Source of the DNA: Carpediemonas membranifera BICM
Lineage: Eukaryota; Protista; Fornicata
Reading direction: 5' to 3'
Assembly: GCA_019828565.1 (NCBI GenBank)
Contig: JAHDYR010000038.1
Coordinates: 1,128,552 to 1,192,551, forward strand
DNA length: 64,000 bases
Shown: one piece after another, positions 24,415 through 36,906 of the stretch
Layout: each line of letters opens with the position of its first letter
Position numbering within the stretch: the stretch's first letter is position 1
Translations under genes and position numbers: made by a program
The notes under the pieces: model-generated
What the model saw: only the letters and a program-made list of their open reading frames with translations
The model's database searches: none
What the model was told of the DNA's origin: nothing

Positions 24415-24530
24415 GTTTCCGTGCGCCCTCTCGGGCGTCTCAGCACCCCGGGTGCCAATGGGCTCGAGTGGTACTCAGTATCCTAGCATCCTAACTGCCA
24501 GGCTTGCTGGCTAGATAACACAATCATTCG

Positions 24531-24590
24531 GAAAGAAAGAAAAGAAAGAAATAAGATTGCTTGGTATCTGGCCCCGGACCCGACTTTGCC
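24531..24590 (-). mobile_element. Second, diverged copy of the (TTTC)n-tailed retroposon 3' end
   Basis: Minus strand GGCAAAGTCGGGTCCGGGGCCAGATACCAAGCAATCTTATTTCTTTC... aligns with GCAAGCTCAGTCCGGGGCCTGACACCAGGCAAATGTAAATTTCTTTC at 19471. Confidence 0.7.
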
Positions 24591-24592
24591 TT

Positions 24593-26116
24593 CCCAACCT
24601 GGAACACATGTCTATCATGACTTGGACGTATTTCTAGCCGTCACGCTCCGGGAGCGGACCTAGAGTATCGATTGCCACCCGCTGGAACGGTGCATCCACA
24701 GCCGTGTGTAGACCGTCTGTTTTCTCAACAGGCGGTCTCTCCAAGACCTGGCAGACAGGGCACTTGGCGACGTAGTCGTAGACGTCACGGCGAGTAACTG
24801 AGACACCGGCTTCCCGCAAACGTTCCATGGTTAACCGTCCGGAGAGGTGGGCGTTACCGAACAGGTGGGCCTTGCTGATCTCATCAACTGACGCTAGCGA
24901 GAATACGCGCGACAGACCGTCGGCTCCCCCGTTGTCTAGACCGGCAACGTGCTTCAATTCGAAATCTAGGTCTGCAATAGAATCGGCCCATCTACGCACC
25001 TTAGCGTTACTCGACCTATACATGTACAAGAGGTTGCGATGGTCGGTCAGGAGCTCGAATCTCTCCCAGGAAGAACTTCCTCCACTTCTGAAGGGCTGAC
25101 GCAATCGCAAAGGCTTCCTTCTCGCCAACACTCCATCTGGATTGGACGTCTGTGAAGGCTTTGGACATATAACACACGGGGCGACCCTCCTGCAGGAGGA
25201 CAGCCCCGTACCCCACGTCGGATTCGTCAGTCATCACGACATGTGGTTTGGTCGCGTCGAACATCGCCAAAGAATCTGCCGAGCACAAAGCTTCTTTGAT
25301 ATCCGCTGGGGCAGCCTCTAGCTCCTTCTCTGGCACGGCCGTGCGGTTAGTCGTTGCAGATACGAGTGGCTTGGCGCGGGTCGCGTAGTTCGGTACGAAG
25401 TCGCGGAAGTAGTTAAAGAACCCGACTAGGCCTTGCATCCCCTTGACGGACGGTGATAGTTTCATGTCTTGGATGTCATTGACTCTCTCGGGTGAGATCC
25501 GGACTGACCCCTCGGAAATGATCCAACCGAGGAACTCCACCTCGGCCCGACCGAACTGGCACTTGTCCCTACCGAGCTGCAGCTTGTACTCACGGGCGCG
25601 TTGGAGGACCTTCCTCAGGTTATCGATGTATTCCTCTGGCGTGGCACCCATGACGATCACATCGTCGATGTAAATGATGCACGCGGTCCCAAGTAGCCCC
25701 CTGAACGCGTTTTCCATAGCTCTCTGAAAGAATGCACCGGCATTGCGAAGACCAAAGGGCATTCGTGTATATTGGAACTGGCAAAAAGTAGTCCTGAACG
25801 CGGTATACTTCCGGCAACGCTCGGTTAAGGCAATCTGATGGTAGCCGGCAGTCAGATCGAGCGTCGCAAACACCCGCTTACCCGAGAGCTGCGTGATGAC
25901 CTCGTCAATTCGAGGAATTGGGTAATCGAATGGCTCTGTCATGGTGTTGACTTCCCGAAAGTCGACGACAAAGCGAGTCTTGCCACCCTTCTTGGGAACG
26001 ATAATAGTTGGACTAGAGTAGGCTGACTGACACGCTTGGATATACTTTTTGGCCAACAGGGTATCGATGTGTTCCTTGACCACCGGGACCTTTGGGGGCG
26101 GAACATACTAGGGGCG
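24593..26116 (-). pseudogene. Element Z pol: RT, RNase H, integrase start (frameshift and TAG stops)
   Basis: LDLTAGYHQ, MPFGLRNA, YIDD, TDHRNL, ADGLSR, H..H..CPVC, IDTLGPLP. Confidence 0.9.
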
Positions 26117-26219
26117 TGTAGTGGTCACCTGACCCGTACATATTTAGGCCATATTTACCACTAGGGTTCGACCCTATTTAAACACTTCGCATTGATTGTT
26201 GTTGTTCTGTGCCCACCAC

Positions 26220-26231
26220 AGTAATATTACT
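26220..26231 (+). other. Palindrome at the PBS position, family A (AGTAATATTACT)
   Basis: Perfect 12-bp palindrome starting on the last base of the 5' LTR. Confidence 0.9.
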
Positions 26232-26237
26232 ATCTAG

Positions 26238-29200
26238 ATGAACGTAGAACAACTATCAACTTTCCTGGCACCCTATCTCACTAGTACGAAGCCTAAGGCA
26301 TGGTATTCATTCCGGGAAGCCTTCATTGCCCATTACGCACGAAACGCCGCTTCCAAGCCTCTGATCTTCGATTACGTCGCAGCGACGGTTTTGAAGATCA
26401 TGTTCCTCGAATGCCCGGACCTCGAAGACCTTATTACTCGTGCCCGTGAGGTCACACAGCAACCCCGCGCTGCGCCTAGGGACCCCCTTCTGTTCCTCGC
26501 GCCCCCTGAGTCTGACACTGATGACGACACCGAGTCTGACACTGATAGTTCGGTCTCCGACGAGTCCGAGCATCTACCCGTTCACACACCCGAGACCCCT
26601 AACGACTTCAACAAAAGATTTATCTCAATGGTGAACGACATCTTCGGACCCCTCGACCGTCAGGACGCGCTCGACCGATTTGACTCGATTACCTTTGACA
26701 CCGCCAGCAAGAACGTTTATGAGTCCATGCTCTACTACACGTTAATCTACCAGCGGACACTCGAAAACTGCGCCTCTGTACCCCCGAAGCAGTCGAGCCT
26801 CGTAGCCAAATTCCTGAAGGGCATCCGCAATGATCGCTTACGTGAACGCTGTAAGACCTTTGAGGATAAGTCCTCCATCGCCAACACCATGCGCGCCGCT
26901 CTCTCCCAAGCCAAGAAGATGCAGCAAGCCGAGAAGGAATCCCACAAGTCGCGGAAGAAGGACGTAAATGATAGGTCCTACGCGCACGATTTCCTCGCTG
27001 CTACGGTTGAAGAGTACTTAGACGCAATGTCAGCCGAAACGCCTGAAGACGATCAAGCAGAACACCGCCCAGTCTTCAAAGTCAGACTGCACGGATCCTC
27101 CGTGCGCGCCCTCTACGACACAGGTGCCACCGCCAACTTCCTCCATGAGGCGAAAGCGAAGTCCCTGGGCCTCATCCCCATTCCTGAGTGCCACAGGGTT
27201 CGCCTCATGTCAGGCCAACTAATCAACACCTCCCACGTGGCCTACGATACTGTCCTGTACCCTTCTGTGACAGGTAGACCCCTCTCTGTACGCACAAAGT
27301 TTATCCTCATCTCACTCGACCATTACGATGCGATCATCGGGTTCCCACTCCTGCGCAGCGCGGGACTGATCAAGATACCCTCGCCTGACCCGACTCCGTC
27401 AAACCAGAACGACGACGACGAGATGTTCGAAAACGAGGTCGAGAGAACAGTCCCAGAATATGTGCAGTTTGCAGAAGCCAGCCAAAGGATTGTTGAAAAG
27501 TTCCCAGGCCTATTCGGGGACATTTCCAGCCCGTCCAAGCTCCCAGCATTCTCCCTGAAGACCAAGAATGGCCAGGTCATCAACTGCTTCCCATATCGTC
27601 ACGGCAAGCAGGTGGAAGATGAGGTTAATCGCCAGGTTAAGGAGCTGCTTGCTCTGGACGTCATCGAGCCTTCGGAATCAGCCTTCAATAACCCCATCGT
27701 CATGGCAAAGAAGAGAGGCAACAAGCTTCGCCTCTGCCTCGACTTTAGACGGCTGAACCTTATCACCCAGGCCGAGGAGCATCCCCTACCCCTCATCGAC
27801 GACTTGATTGATCACCTACAAGGCCAACAGTTTTACGCCACGCTGGACCTATCCAAAGCGTTCCACCAGATCATAATCAACCAGGACTCGCGCAAGTATA
27901 CCGCTTTTGTGGCTGGTGGGAAGAAATACCAGTATAAGCGGATGCCCTTTGGGCTTCGTAATGCTCCCATCCACTGCCAGAAAGCCATGGAACACATTCT
28001 GGGTCAATCCCTTTATACTCAGTGTCTCGCTTACATAGATGACATTGTCGTCTTTGGAGCGAACCGTGACGAGTTCCTGAAGAATCTGGAGGACGTGTTA
28101 GCTCGCATCCACGCGGCCGGTCTGAAGCTTAATCCTTCCAAGACGGTCATTGGAGCGACTTCCATCGACTATTTGGGCTGGCGAGTAGACAAGGACGGTA
28201 AGCGGATCTTCCCCGACCGTCTGGAGGCCATCCATGATCTCAAGGAGCCGACTAGTCTGACGGACGCCCGAGCCTTGCTCGGGTTCGCGAACTACTTTCG
28301 AGCACTCATTGAGCGTTACGTCGATATGACTGAACCCATCACCGAGCTCACCCGAGCCGCCGAAAAGTTCGTTTGGGGCGACCGACAACATGACGCGTTT
28401 GAGCAGATTAAGCGAGAGCTTCTACTGCAGCGCACGCTGGTCCACCCCTGTCCCGACGAACATCTCCACATTTTTACGGACGCATCAGACTACGGCATTG
28501 GTGGCGTGCTGATGAACGCGGAGTTTAAGCCCATCGCGTTCTTCGCCAAGACGCTCACGCCCCAACAGCGCCGTTGGTCTACGATAGAGAAAGAGTGCTA
28601 CGCTCTGTACTTCGGTACTACCAAGTTCAGACGCTATCTCGCTGGACGAGACTTCACAGCTCATCTAGATCACCGTAACTTGGTCTACATGGACCGTTCC
28701 TTGAATTCCAAGGTGATTAGGTGGAGCCTCGCGCTGTCTGAGTACTCATTCGACATCGTACACGTTCCAGGTTCCGACAACTCTGTTGCGGACACCCTGT
28801 CCCGCCTCGTTCACCTGGACGAGACCTCCGTCGAACCTTCCCCTCCACCCGAGGCGCATCGGGAATCCTTCCAAGAAGCACATGGCGGAGATGCTGGTCA
28901 CCTTGGCCGTGATGCCACCTGCAAACGCATCATAGCCGCCGACAAGGGCTGGCCTGGCATGCGCCGGGACGTTACTGCCTGGATAAGACAGTGCCCTGTT
29001 TGCCAGTTGACACGCCTCAAGCTTTCACCGTTTCCCCAAGCGACCCATCCCATGACCGGCAGCCGACCCTTCGAAGTAGTGGAGGCCGACACCATTGGTC
29101 CCCTCTCACTGCCCGGGCAACACACCGCTACGCGGTTGTGATTATCGACACGTTTACTAGACTCACCCAAGCCTACCCCCACGAAGAGCACGGACGCTGT

Positions 29201-30095
29201 ATCTGCACGTTCGGCTTTATCGACATGGATGAAACACTATGGCTCCCCGACATGTTTGATTACCGATGGTGGCTCACAGTACCATAACAGAACCATCAGA
29301 GAATTTTGCCAAGACCACGGTATAAGACACGAGATCGGTACGCCTTATCATCCTGCGGGACAGGGTGCTGTTGAAAGAGCGAACAAAGAGGTGAAGAGAC
29401 ACCTACGCGCCTGGATTCTCGAACATGACGACGACTGGGAGGACGCCTTACCACGAATCACGAATATAATCAACAACGCACCTCTAACCGCCTCCAACCT
29501 GTCGCCGTACGAAGTCCTATACGCCAGGGACGTCCACGAACCGACTAGACAACCTTCCCTCACCGTCGACCACTTCCGTACCACCCTACGCTGTTTACAG
29601 AGCAGACAACGCGCTGTCGGTGGCCAAACTCCAGCGCAGAGCCATCCAGCGAGTCATCTCCTTGGATCCGCCGCCATGATCCAGCGCAAAACTGCCATAG
29701 GCATCGTACCCCGGGGCCCGGTCCGGGTCATCTCCACCAATCCCGACCGCCCCAACACCTACGTCGTTCAAGACCTCACCACTGACCACCGCCTGACAGT
29801 ACATGCCTCTGAGCTTTACCAGTTCGAGGGCAGCTACACTGACGCTGAGCTCAAACACTGGGCAGCCCGCAACGAAGGAGAGTACGTGGTTAGGAAGGTT
29901 GCTGACCATCGCCGACAAGCGGGCAACCTTCAGTTCCTCCTCTTGTGGGAGGGCTACGATGACGACGAAGGCACATGGACCGATTACAGCCGCGAAATCG
30001 ATGGATTAGCTGCCCTGGACGCATACATTAATGAGCATCCGAGATTGAAGCTTCCATCGCTCAGGAAGGGACGCCACGCCGGTAAATCCCCCTGA
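26238..30095 (+). CDS. Family A gag-pol (PR, RT, RH, IN, chromodomain); frameshifts near 29130-29190
   Basis: YDTGA, YIDD, TDAS, TDGGSQ, GAVER, EYVVRKVADHR..QFLLLWEGY..TW. Confidence 0.9.
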
Positions 30096-30718
30096 GACGT
30101 GTGCTGTTGATGTTGTTTGATGAAGAAAGAAGAGAAGAAGAGGAAAAGTGATTGCAATCACGAGGATAATGATAATGAACGCAAATGATCACCTAAGAGA
30201 GAGAGAGAGAGCGTGAACTCGCCGAAACGAACTAATGAGAAGCGATGAAACTGAAGAAGCGAGACAGAAGCGCGAAAGAGACAGAAATGGAGAAGAATGA
30301 AGTATAGAGCGTGAAGAAGATCATAGTTACGTACCAATCCGTCGTCACTGGCAACTTAGACGCAATGACTCATTTTGTGCCAAATCTGACAAAAAGGACC
30401 AAATTTCCGAAGATCGCAAAAGGAATTTAGATTAGGTCTGGGGACGACAAGATCTTTTATATTTGATCGATATCTTTCAATTTGATGACAATCCACAATG
30501 TTATGGTGGAAGTCATGGGGGCAGTGTAGTGGTCACCTGACCCGTACATATTTAGGCCATATTTACCACTAGGGTTCGACCCTATTTAAACACTTCGCAT
30601 TGATTGTTGTTGTTCTGTGCCCACCACAGGGCGTACATGAACTACACGGTCGCACTTGAGGCATAGTGACGCATCACCTGATTAAAACGAATTCTCGAAT
30701 ACCCGTCGTTTACGCCAC

Positions 30719-30732
30719 AGTGATTAATCACT
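30719..30732 (+). other. Palindrome at the PBS position, family B (AGTGATTAATCACT)
   Basis: Perfect 14-bp palindrome starting on the last LTR base. Confidence 0.9.
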
Positions 30733-30736
30733 CCCT

Positions 30737-32323
30737 ATGGCTACGAAATTCGACGTAAGTTCCCTTCCACTGCTCAACTCCGCCGCGAAGGAATACAAGC
30801 GGGAACTTCCTCATGCAAGATTTCCTACATCGTTCCTCAGATGCCTAAGCATCAGCTCGCAGGAGTTCTTACGGGCCAATTGGAGACCCACCTCTGATTA
30901 TAAGACCTTCGAGGACCTAGAAGACGATGTATGTCCCGATGCGGTAATCCGCAGCGCCATTAGGCGCGAGATGAAGCTCTCACTTCCCATCACGCCCCCA
31001 AGCACCTCCACGCCACCCCCCAAGCAGGCAGTAGCCCGTCTAACCGCCGCTCTCGAAGAAGACCTGTTTATGCTCGCTGAAGCGGCGGCCGCGGCCTTTC
31101 CTGAAGGCCCGATGGCCGCGGCTGCACAGCGCCGCGCAGAAGCCGTATTCACGGCTGCAGTAGCCGAGATTGACCACAACGCCCCGGTTTATGTGCCCCT
31201 CATCAACAAGTTCAACCCAGATGTCCCCCTCCGCGACGACGAGTACGTCGCCGAGGTCAACGCAGCCCTGGCCCCACCCAAGCCGGCCGATGACGAGGCT
31301 GCCGCCACCAACAACTCCGACACGTCCAGTGACGAGTCCGACTGGGACGACGTCACCGACATTCGCGCCTACCTCCATGACGAGGCCGACGACATCGTAG
31401 CCGCCTGCTCCGTCACACTCATGCCGTCCCTGGACGTCGGCGCGCGCATCAAGTCCATCAACCTTCCCGGTGCACTCTATGGCAAAGCATCCAAACATCG
31501 CTCAACTATTGCCGCTTTGCGCGAGTTCATCGATCTCGTGAACACTGATGCTTCTGCTCCTGCACTGCAAGCCAGAAGGTTCTCGCCGCAAGAGTCAGAG
31601 AGCTTGCACTTAAGGGATTCTCCGCCGAAGCAAAGGACTATTTCGACTCCTACATCATAGATGATGCAGAGGACATCGATGACGTCCTTGATAACCTTAG
31701 GGACCTCAAAGAGGACCACGACGGTTACATCGTCGTTCCTTGGAGAGCATTCCGCACCGGCCAGCCCCCGCAACCCCACGGTGAGCAAGCGACAGGCGGA
31801 TCCCGCACACGCAAACCCATAGCCCGCAAGATCAGCGGCCCAGACCCGTATGTCCAGCTGAAAGACAAGGCGAACTACTACATCAACCCCACCTTCCGCC
31901 ACTTCTGCGACTACCACGGATACAACTCGTCCCACGTCACTCAGGCGTGCCCTCATCTGAAGACACAGCGCAGTGCCGCCCCCCAACCATCGCGTCCTAT
32001 TCAACCAGCTGTTGTGGGTGCCAAGCCCAAGAAGGCCCCTGGCCACCACAACAACCCTGACCGACCTGCAACAATGACCACCCAAGCGCCCAAACGCAAC
32101 GCGAGAGCCCCTAACCCAGCGGCAGGCTGGACGCGAAACAAGGAGACGAACCGGCTCGAGCGCCTCAGTCAATCCATCAACGAGGTCGACATAGACGCCG
32201 AGTCCGACACCGATGAGTCAATCGACGAAGTCGACACGTCAGCGCAGCGCGAAAACATCGGTAAGCCGATCTACCACGACATCCTCGTCAACGGCACGAG
32301 ACTGCGGGCGAAGCTCGACCCGG
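30737..32323 (+). pseudogene. Family B gag and protease N-terminus (frameshifted; cut by C1)
   Basis: ATG 4 nt after the palindrome; knuckle-like CDYHGYNSSHVTQAC; ILVNGTRLRAKLD at the break. Confidence 0.75.
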
Positions 32324-32383
32324 TGTCATAAGGCATCCACGTCCGCAGTTTATGTAAATGTTCCAATCTCTTCGCCCCGGCAC

Positions 32384-32393
32384 AGTGATCACT
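32384..32393 (+). other. Palindrome at the PBS position, family C (AGTGATCACT)
   Basis: Perfect 10-bp palindrome starting on the last LTR base; also at 55200-55209 in copy 2. Confidence 0.9.
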
Positions 32394-32400
32394 TTCCGAA

Positions 32401-35400
32401 ATGAATAATTGGATTCCGCCATCACTATCGGACTTCTCTAGAGAGTCCGTTCGCGCGTTCAAACGCGCCCTCACGTTCGCGCAGAAGCATGCTCCTACCA
32501 CAACCGTCATAACGGCTTACGAGTGCCTCACCGAGGATCAAGTCAGTCATGTCCGATTTGTCCGCAACGTCGACGTCGAAGCACTCAACGACGCAGAACT
32601 TCTCGCCGAAATCACCGCTCTTTCTTTCCCGAGAACCCTTGAGAAAACCATCCAAGAAATCCGGGCCCTCACGCAGGACCGAACCAAGTCCACGATCGAG
32701 GCCGTATCTCGTCTCATGGCTGAGACCGAGGGAGCTGCGCTCCCACGCCCATGCCCTTCTCAACGCCGAGCTCGGCGCCAAGCCAGAGCCCGAGCCCGCC
32801 GAGGTGGATGAAGACGAGGCCGCCCTCAGCAAGGTCATCACCCAGAAGCCAGACAGCACGCCGAGTGAGCAGGACACCCCGAGAAAAGCCAGCCCCACCC
32901 GCGGACTCGATAAGATCATCGCCAAAGCTTTTATCGCCGCCCTTCGCCCGGTCTCACTTGCCAACCGTATTCAGCAAAAGTGGGACCTCTCTGGCGCCCG
33001 GGACATCGATAGCTTATTTGTGCACACGCGCGAGCTCATACTGCACGCCATTGACGCCCGTGAAGTCCTCGGAAGCGTGATTCAAGACATATCCATCACA
33101 TCCTCCAGCACGAGCTCCATCACGAGCTCCAGCACTGGCCCGAAACATAGCCAGAACGCCAACACCAGATCCCGCCGCGAGCGCCGGCGCCCTCCTCCAT
33201 ACGCGTGCTCCTGTGGAGGCATGCACTGGAAGGCTGATTGCCCGCACCGCGGCATCACGCCCGGACAGCCCCAGGCTACCAAAGGCCACCCCGCCGCGGC
33301 CCGCGACGCCAGACCGGCACCTCAGCCGCAACGCCAGCCCCAAGCGGCCAACAAACCGGCTCAGCCACAGCCGGCACCAGCTGCTCAGAAGCAGCAGCAA
33401 CAGTCATCCCAGCAGCCACAGCCTCGCCCCCGACGAGAGACGCGCTGGGAACATGGTGCTCCGGGACAGATCCAAGCTGATCAACTCTCGTCCAGGAGTC
33501 CACGAAGTCGAAGTCGCACACAATGCTTGTGATGATGCCTTTATCGAAGAAGTTGCCGCTTCAACTGCATTCTCAGTTAAGGGAGCTGTGAATGACCAAG
33601 AACAGGTGATATTGATCGATAGCGGCTCCGCAATCACGATCATCTCCACAACCTCCGTTAAGACGCTCCAACTCGTCACACATGAGCTTGAAAAGCCATT
33701 TACTGTTCAGTCCGTTACCAATGAGCCCATCCTCATCACTCACTACGTCCAAGCGCGGATCACGTTGCCCAGCACATCTGGAAACGTCATCGTCGATCTC
33801 ATCCTCTACATCATGACACGCGCCACTGAACGTGTGCTCATTGGATGCGACGTGCTTCGCGCGCTCGGTTATCTCTCCGAGAGTGGCCTCCACATCCCAC
33901 TTCTTCCGGATTCACGCCCGGAGGACGCCACCGATGGCCTCCCACTCCACAAGTACCTCGACGCCCCCGTCGAGGCCGTCTCCTCAAGCGAGTTTCACAC
34001 CGACGCGTGTGAGATACACGAGCTCTCCACCAAGGCCCAGACCGACGAGCTACATTCGATCCTCCGTCGGTTCGATCACCTATTCGACCCCGTCATAAGC
34101 AAACAGCCGTGCTCGTTTGCCCCTATGCGCATCCCGCTTTACGACAACGCCCCTCCGATCCGTCTTCGCCCGCGCAACCTACACCCGAAGAAGCTGGAGT
34201 GGCTGTTGCCATACGTCGAGCGCCTGCGCCAGGACGAGATCACACAGCCCTCTGAGGGGCCTTACGCAAGCCCCATCGTCCTGGTCGCAAAGGGCGACGC
34301 CTACCGTCTCTGTATCGACTACGGCCGCCTCAACTCTTGGACAGTACCCGACCGGCACCCGATCCCCAACATGCGAGAACTCCTCAACCTCGCGTCGGGC
34401 TGCACACGCTTTGCGACGCTAGACCTGACGTCGGGCTACTGGCAGGTGGCCATGCACCCAGACGACGTGCCTAAGACGGCCTTCACCGCCCCGGGCGTCT
34501 ACGAGGAATTCCTCAGGATGCCGTTCGGCCTTTGCAACGCGCCTTCTCACTTCCAGCGGGAGATCGAAGGCATGCTCGCCCCACTGTTGTACAAGGGCGC
34601 CAACCCCTACATCGACGACATATTCATCTACGCCCGTGACGATGACTCCTTCCTACGCATTCTCCGCGACCTGCTCACACGCGCGGACGCTGCAGGCGTT
34701 CAGTTCAGCGCCAAGAAGGGAGTCTTCGGCACCACCAGCGCCAAGATTGTCGGCTTTACGGTCGACCAGGCCGGAGTACACGTCGACCCAGCCAGGACCC
34801 AAGCCCTACGCAATCTACCTGCACCCACCAACGTCCACGAGCTTCGCGTAGTCCTCGGACAGTTCCAGTACCTCGCATCATTCGTTCCCCATACACGACA
34901 CGAGTACATGAGACCTCTCAACGATCTTCTGCAAAAGGACCGTCTGTGGGAATGGACAGCGGAGCACGACGCCGCTTTCGACGGCCTGAAGACCCTGTTC
35001 ACTGACGATCTCTTTATCGCACATCCGGACGCCGACGCCGACTGGACGCTCGAGACAGACGCTAGCAACATCGGAGCAGGCGGCGTACTATGGCAGACAA
35101 AGGACGACAAGACACAGGTCCTCGCCTACTTCTCTCACACATTCACGTCAACCCAGTCGCGCTGGGCCACGTGTGAGCAGGAGCTATTTGCCATTGTCTT
35201 TTGCCTTACACACCCGACCCTGTCACCCCTCCTACGCCTGAAGAGGTTCCTCCTACGGACCGACCACCGTAATCTTATTTACATGATCGCCAAGTCATCC
35301 GAGAACGACAAGATCAACCGGTGGAGACTGACATTAGCAGACTACAAGTTCGATGTCGAGCACGTTCCCGGCCTACAGAACGCAGTCGCAGACGCGCTGA

Positions 35401-36853
35401 GCCGCTGCGGTCACTCGACCTCGCCCACTGTCGCAGCCATCACGACTGACTCCCGCTACCATGACACACTCATCAAACACCAGACAGACGACTCTACCGT
35501 CTCCAAGCTGACCGTAGACAGCGACGGTCTTCGCCGCAAGGACGGCCTCGTCGTCATCCCTACTTCAACCGTGTGCAGACCCCTCCGAAAGGAGCTGATA
35601 CAGATCGCCCACAGAGGACACCACGGCGCCAAGGCTACCATCGAACGCCTGAGAGCAGACGGCTATACCTGGACAGGCTGCACAGCAGATGTCGAGGAGT
35701 TCATCGCCTCATGTGACGAGTGCCAGAAAGCTCGCCTACGCAACTTCGCCGAGGCAGAGCTCCGCACAACAGCAGTGTACAAACCGTTCCACACTGTCGC
35801 AGTGGATACTATTGGTCCAATCCCGGCAGACGCAGTCGGCTCCAGATACATCACAGTTATGGTCGATATGTTTACTCGCTACACTGAGTTGGCCGCGACG
35901 GACGAGAACACAGCTGATGCAGCGTCAGAGGCCCTCTGGCGCCAGGTGATTACCCGTCATGGGACTCCCCTGTTCATCAAGTCCGACAACGGGCCTGAGT
36001 TCACCGGCAACGTCGTCAAGGCCCTGCTCGAAAGCGCGGACATCACCCAGCAATTCACCCTCCCCTACCACCCTCAGTCGAATGGGCTGGTAGAGCGTCG
36101 TAACGCGGAGGTCATGAAGCATCTTCGCTGTTTGATCCTCCATTCGACAAGTTCTCCCGTTGGAGCGACCTCCTTCCGGTAGTTCAGCTGCTGCTGAACA
36201 CAACCACCTGCAGCGCCACTGGGGTCACACCCCACGCCATGCTGTATGGAGACCAACTCGACCCCAGCTCCACAGTCGCTAGAATCCTCCGACCGAGCGA
36301 CAATGACTCGCCCCTTGCCTCAGCCTCAGCCTACATCACTTTACTTCGAGCCCACCTCTCCAAGTTGACCTCTAGGGCGGCCGAGAAGCAGCGCGAGACT
36401 GTAGACAAGCGCCTCGCCAAGGCCAACGCCGACCGCCAGCCGACTAGCTTCAAGGAAGGCGACCTCGTCCTGCTCAACCGGACGAAGACCCCAAAGCTGC
36501 ATGGCTTCGCCGGCCCGTTCAAGATTCTCGCCATCAAGGACAACAACACCCTTCAGCTGGTCGACCTTTTCGAGAGCGCCCCCTTCATGGCTCACGTAGA
36601 CCAGGTCCTTCCTTTCAACACCAAGTCGGGGCTCAGCCGCCTGAAGAACCTCGCCGCCTCCGACGAGCAGACGTACGTCGTGCAAGGCATCGAGAAGCAC
36701 CGTCGCCGCAACGGCACACTGCAGCTCCTCGTCTGCTGGGAGGGCGACTACGATCCCACATGGGAACCCGCTGACGGGCTCCGCCACGTCACTGCGGCAC
36801 GTGACTACCTCAAGTCCCACAAGCTCAAGCTTAAGGGGGGTAGGATGTCATAA
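32401..36853 (+). CDS. Family C gag-pol (knuckle, PR, RT, RH, IN, chromodomain) with single-base indels
   Basis: CSCGGMHWKADC, IDSGS, YIDD, TDAS, SDNGPEF, NGLVER, YVVQGIEKHR..LLVCWEG..TWEP. Confidence 0.9.
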
Positions 36854-36906
36854 GGCATCCACGTCCGCAGTTTATGTAAATGTTCCAATCTCTTCGCCCC
36901 GGCACA

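Larger units (their letters stand above)
14003..24476 (-). repeat. Tandem array: 3 units of about 1933 bp (gag-RT-RH) and 2 units of 1343 bp (gag-RT), leading into the complete terminal copy
   Basis: The same leader point recurs at 24476, 22543, 20609, 18606, 17263 and 15920 (spacings 1933, 1934, 2003, 1343, 1343). The units are near-identical. Confidence 0.95.
12229..24530 (-). mobile_element. DIRS-like tyrosine-recombinase retrotransposon with internal tandem amplification (termini not identified)
   Basis: Order gag, RT (DLRSGY, LGFG..AP, YLDD), RNase H (TDAS, INVKEL, SDN), MT-like domain, overlapping YR. No integrase or protease. Boundaries are approximate. Confidence 0.88.
26117..30628 (+). 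mobile_element. Chromodomain Ty3/gypsy LTR retrotransposon, family A
   Basis: Identical 104-bp TG..CA LTRs (26117-26220, 30525-30628), 5-bp TSD GGGCG, PPT-like GGGGGCAG. Confidence 0.95.
32324..36906 (+). mobile_element. Chromodomain Ty3/gypsy element, family C copy 1
   Basis: Identical 61-bp LTRs (32324-32384, 36846-36906), TSD CCGG, PPT AAGGGGGGTAGGA. Confidence 0.95.
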
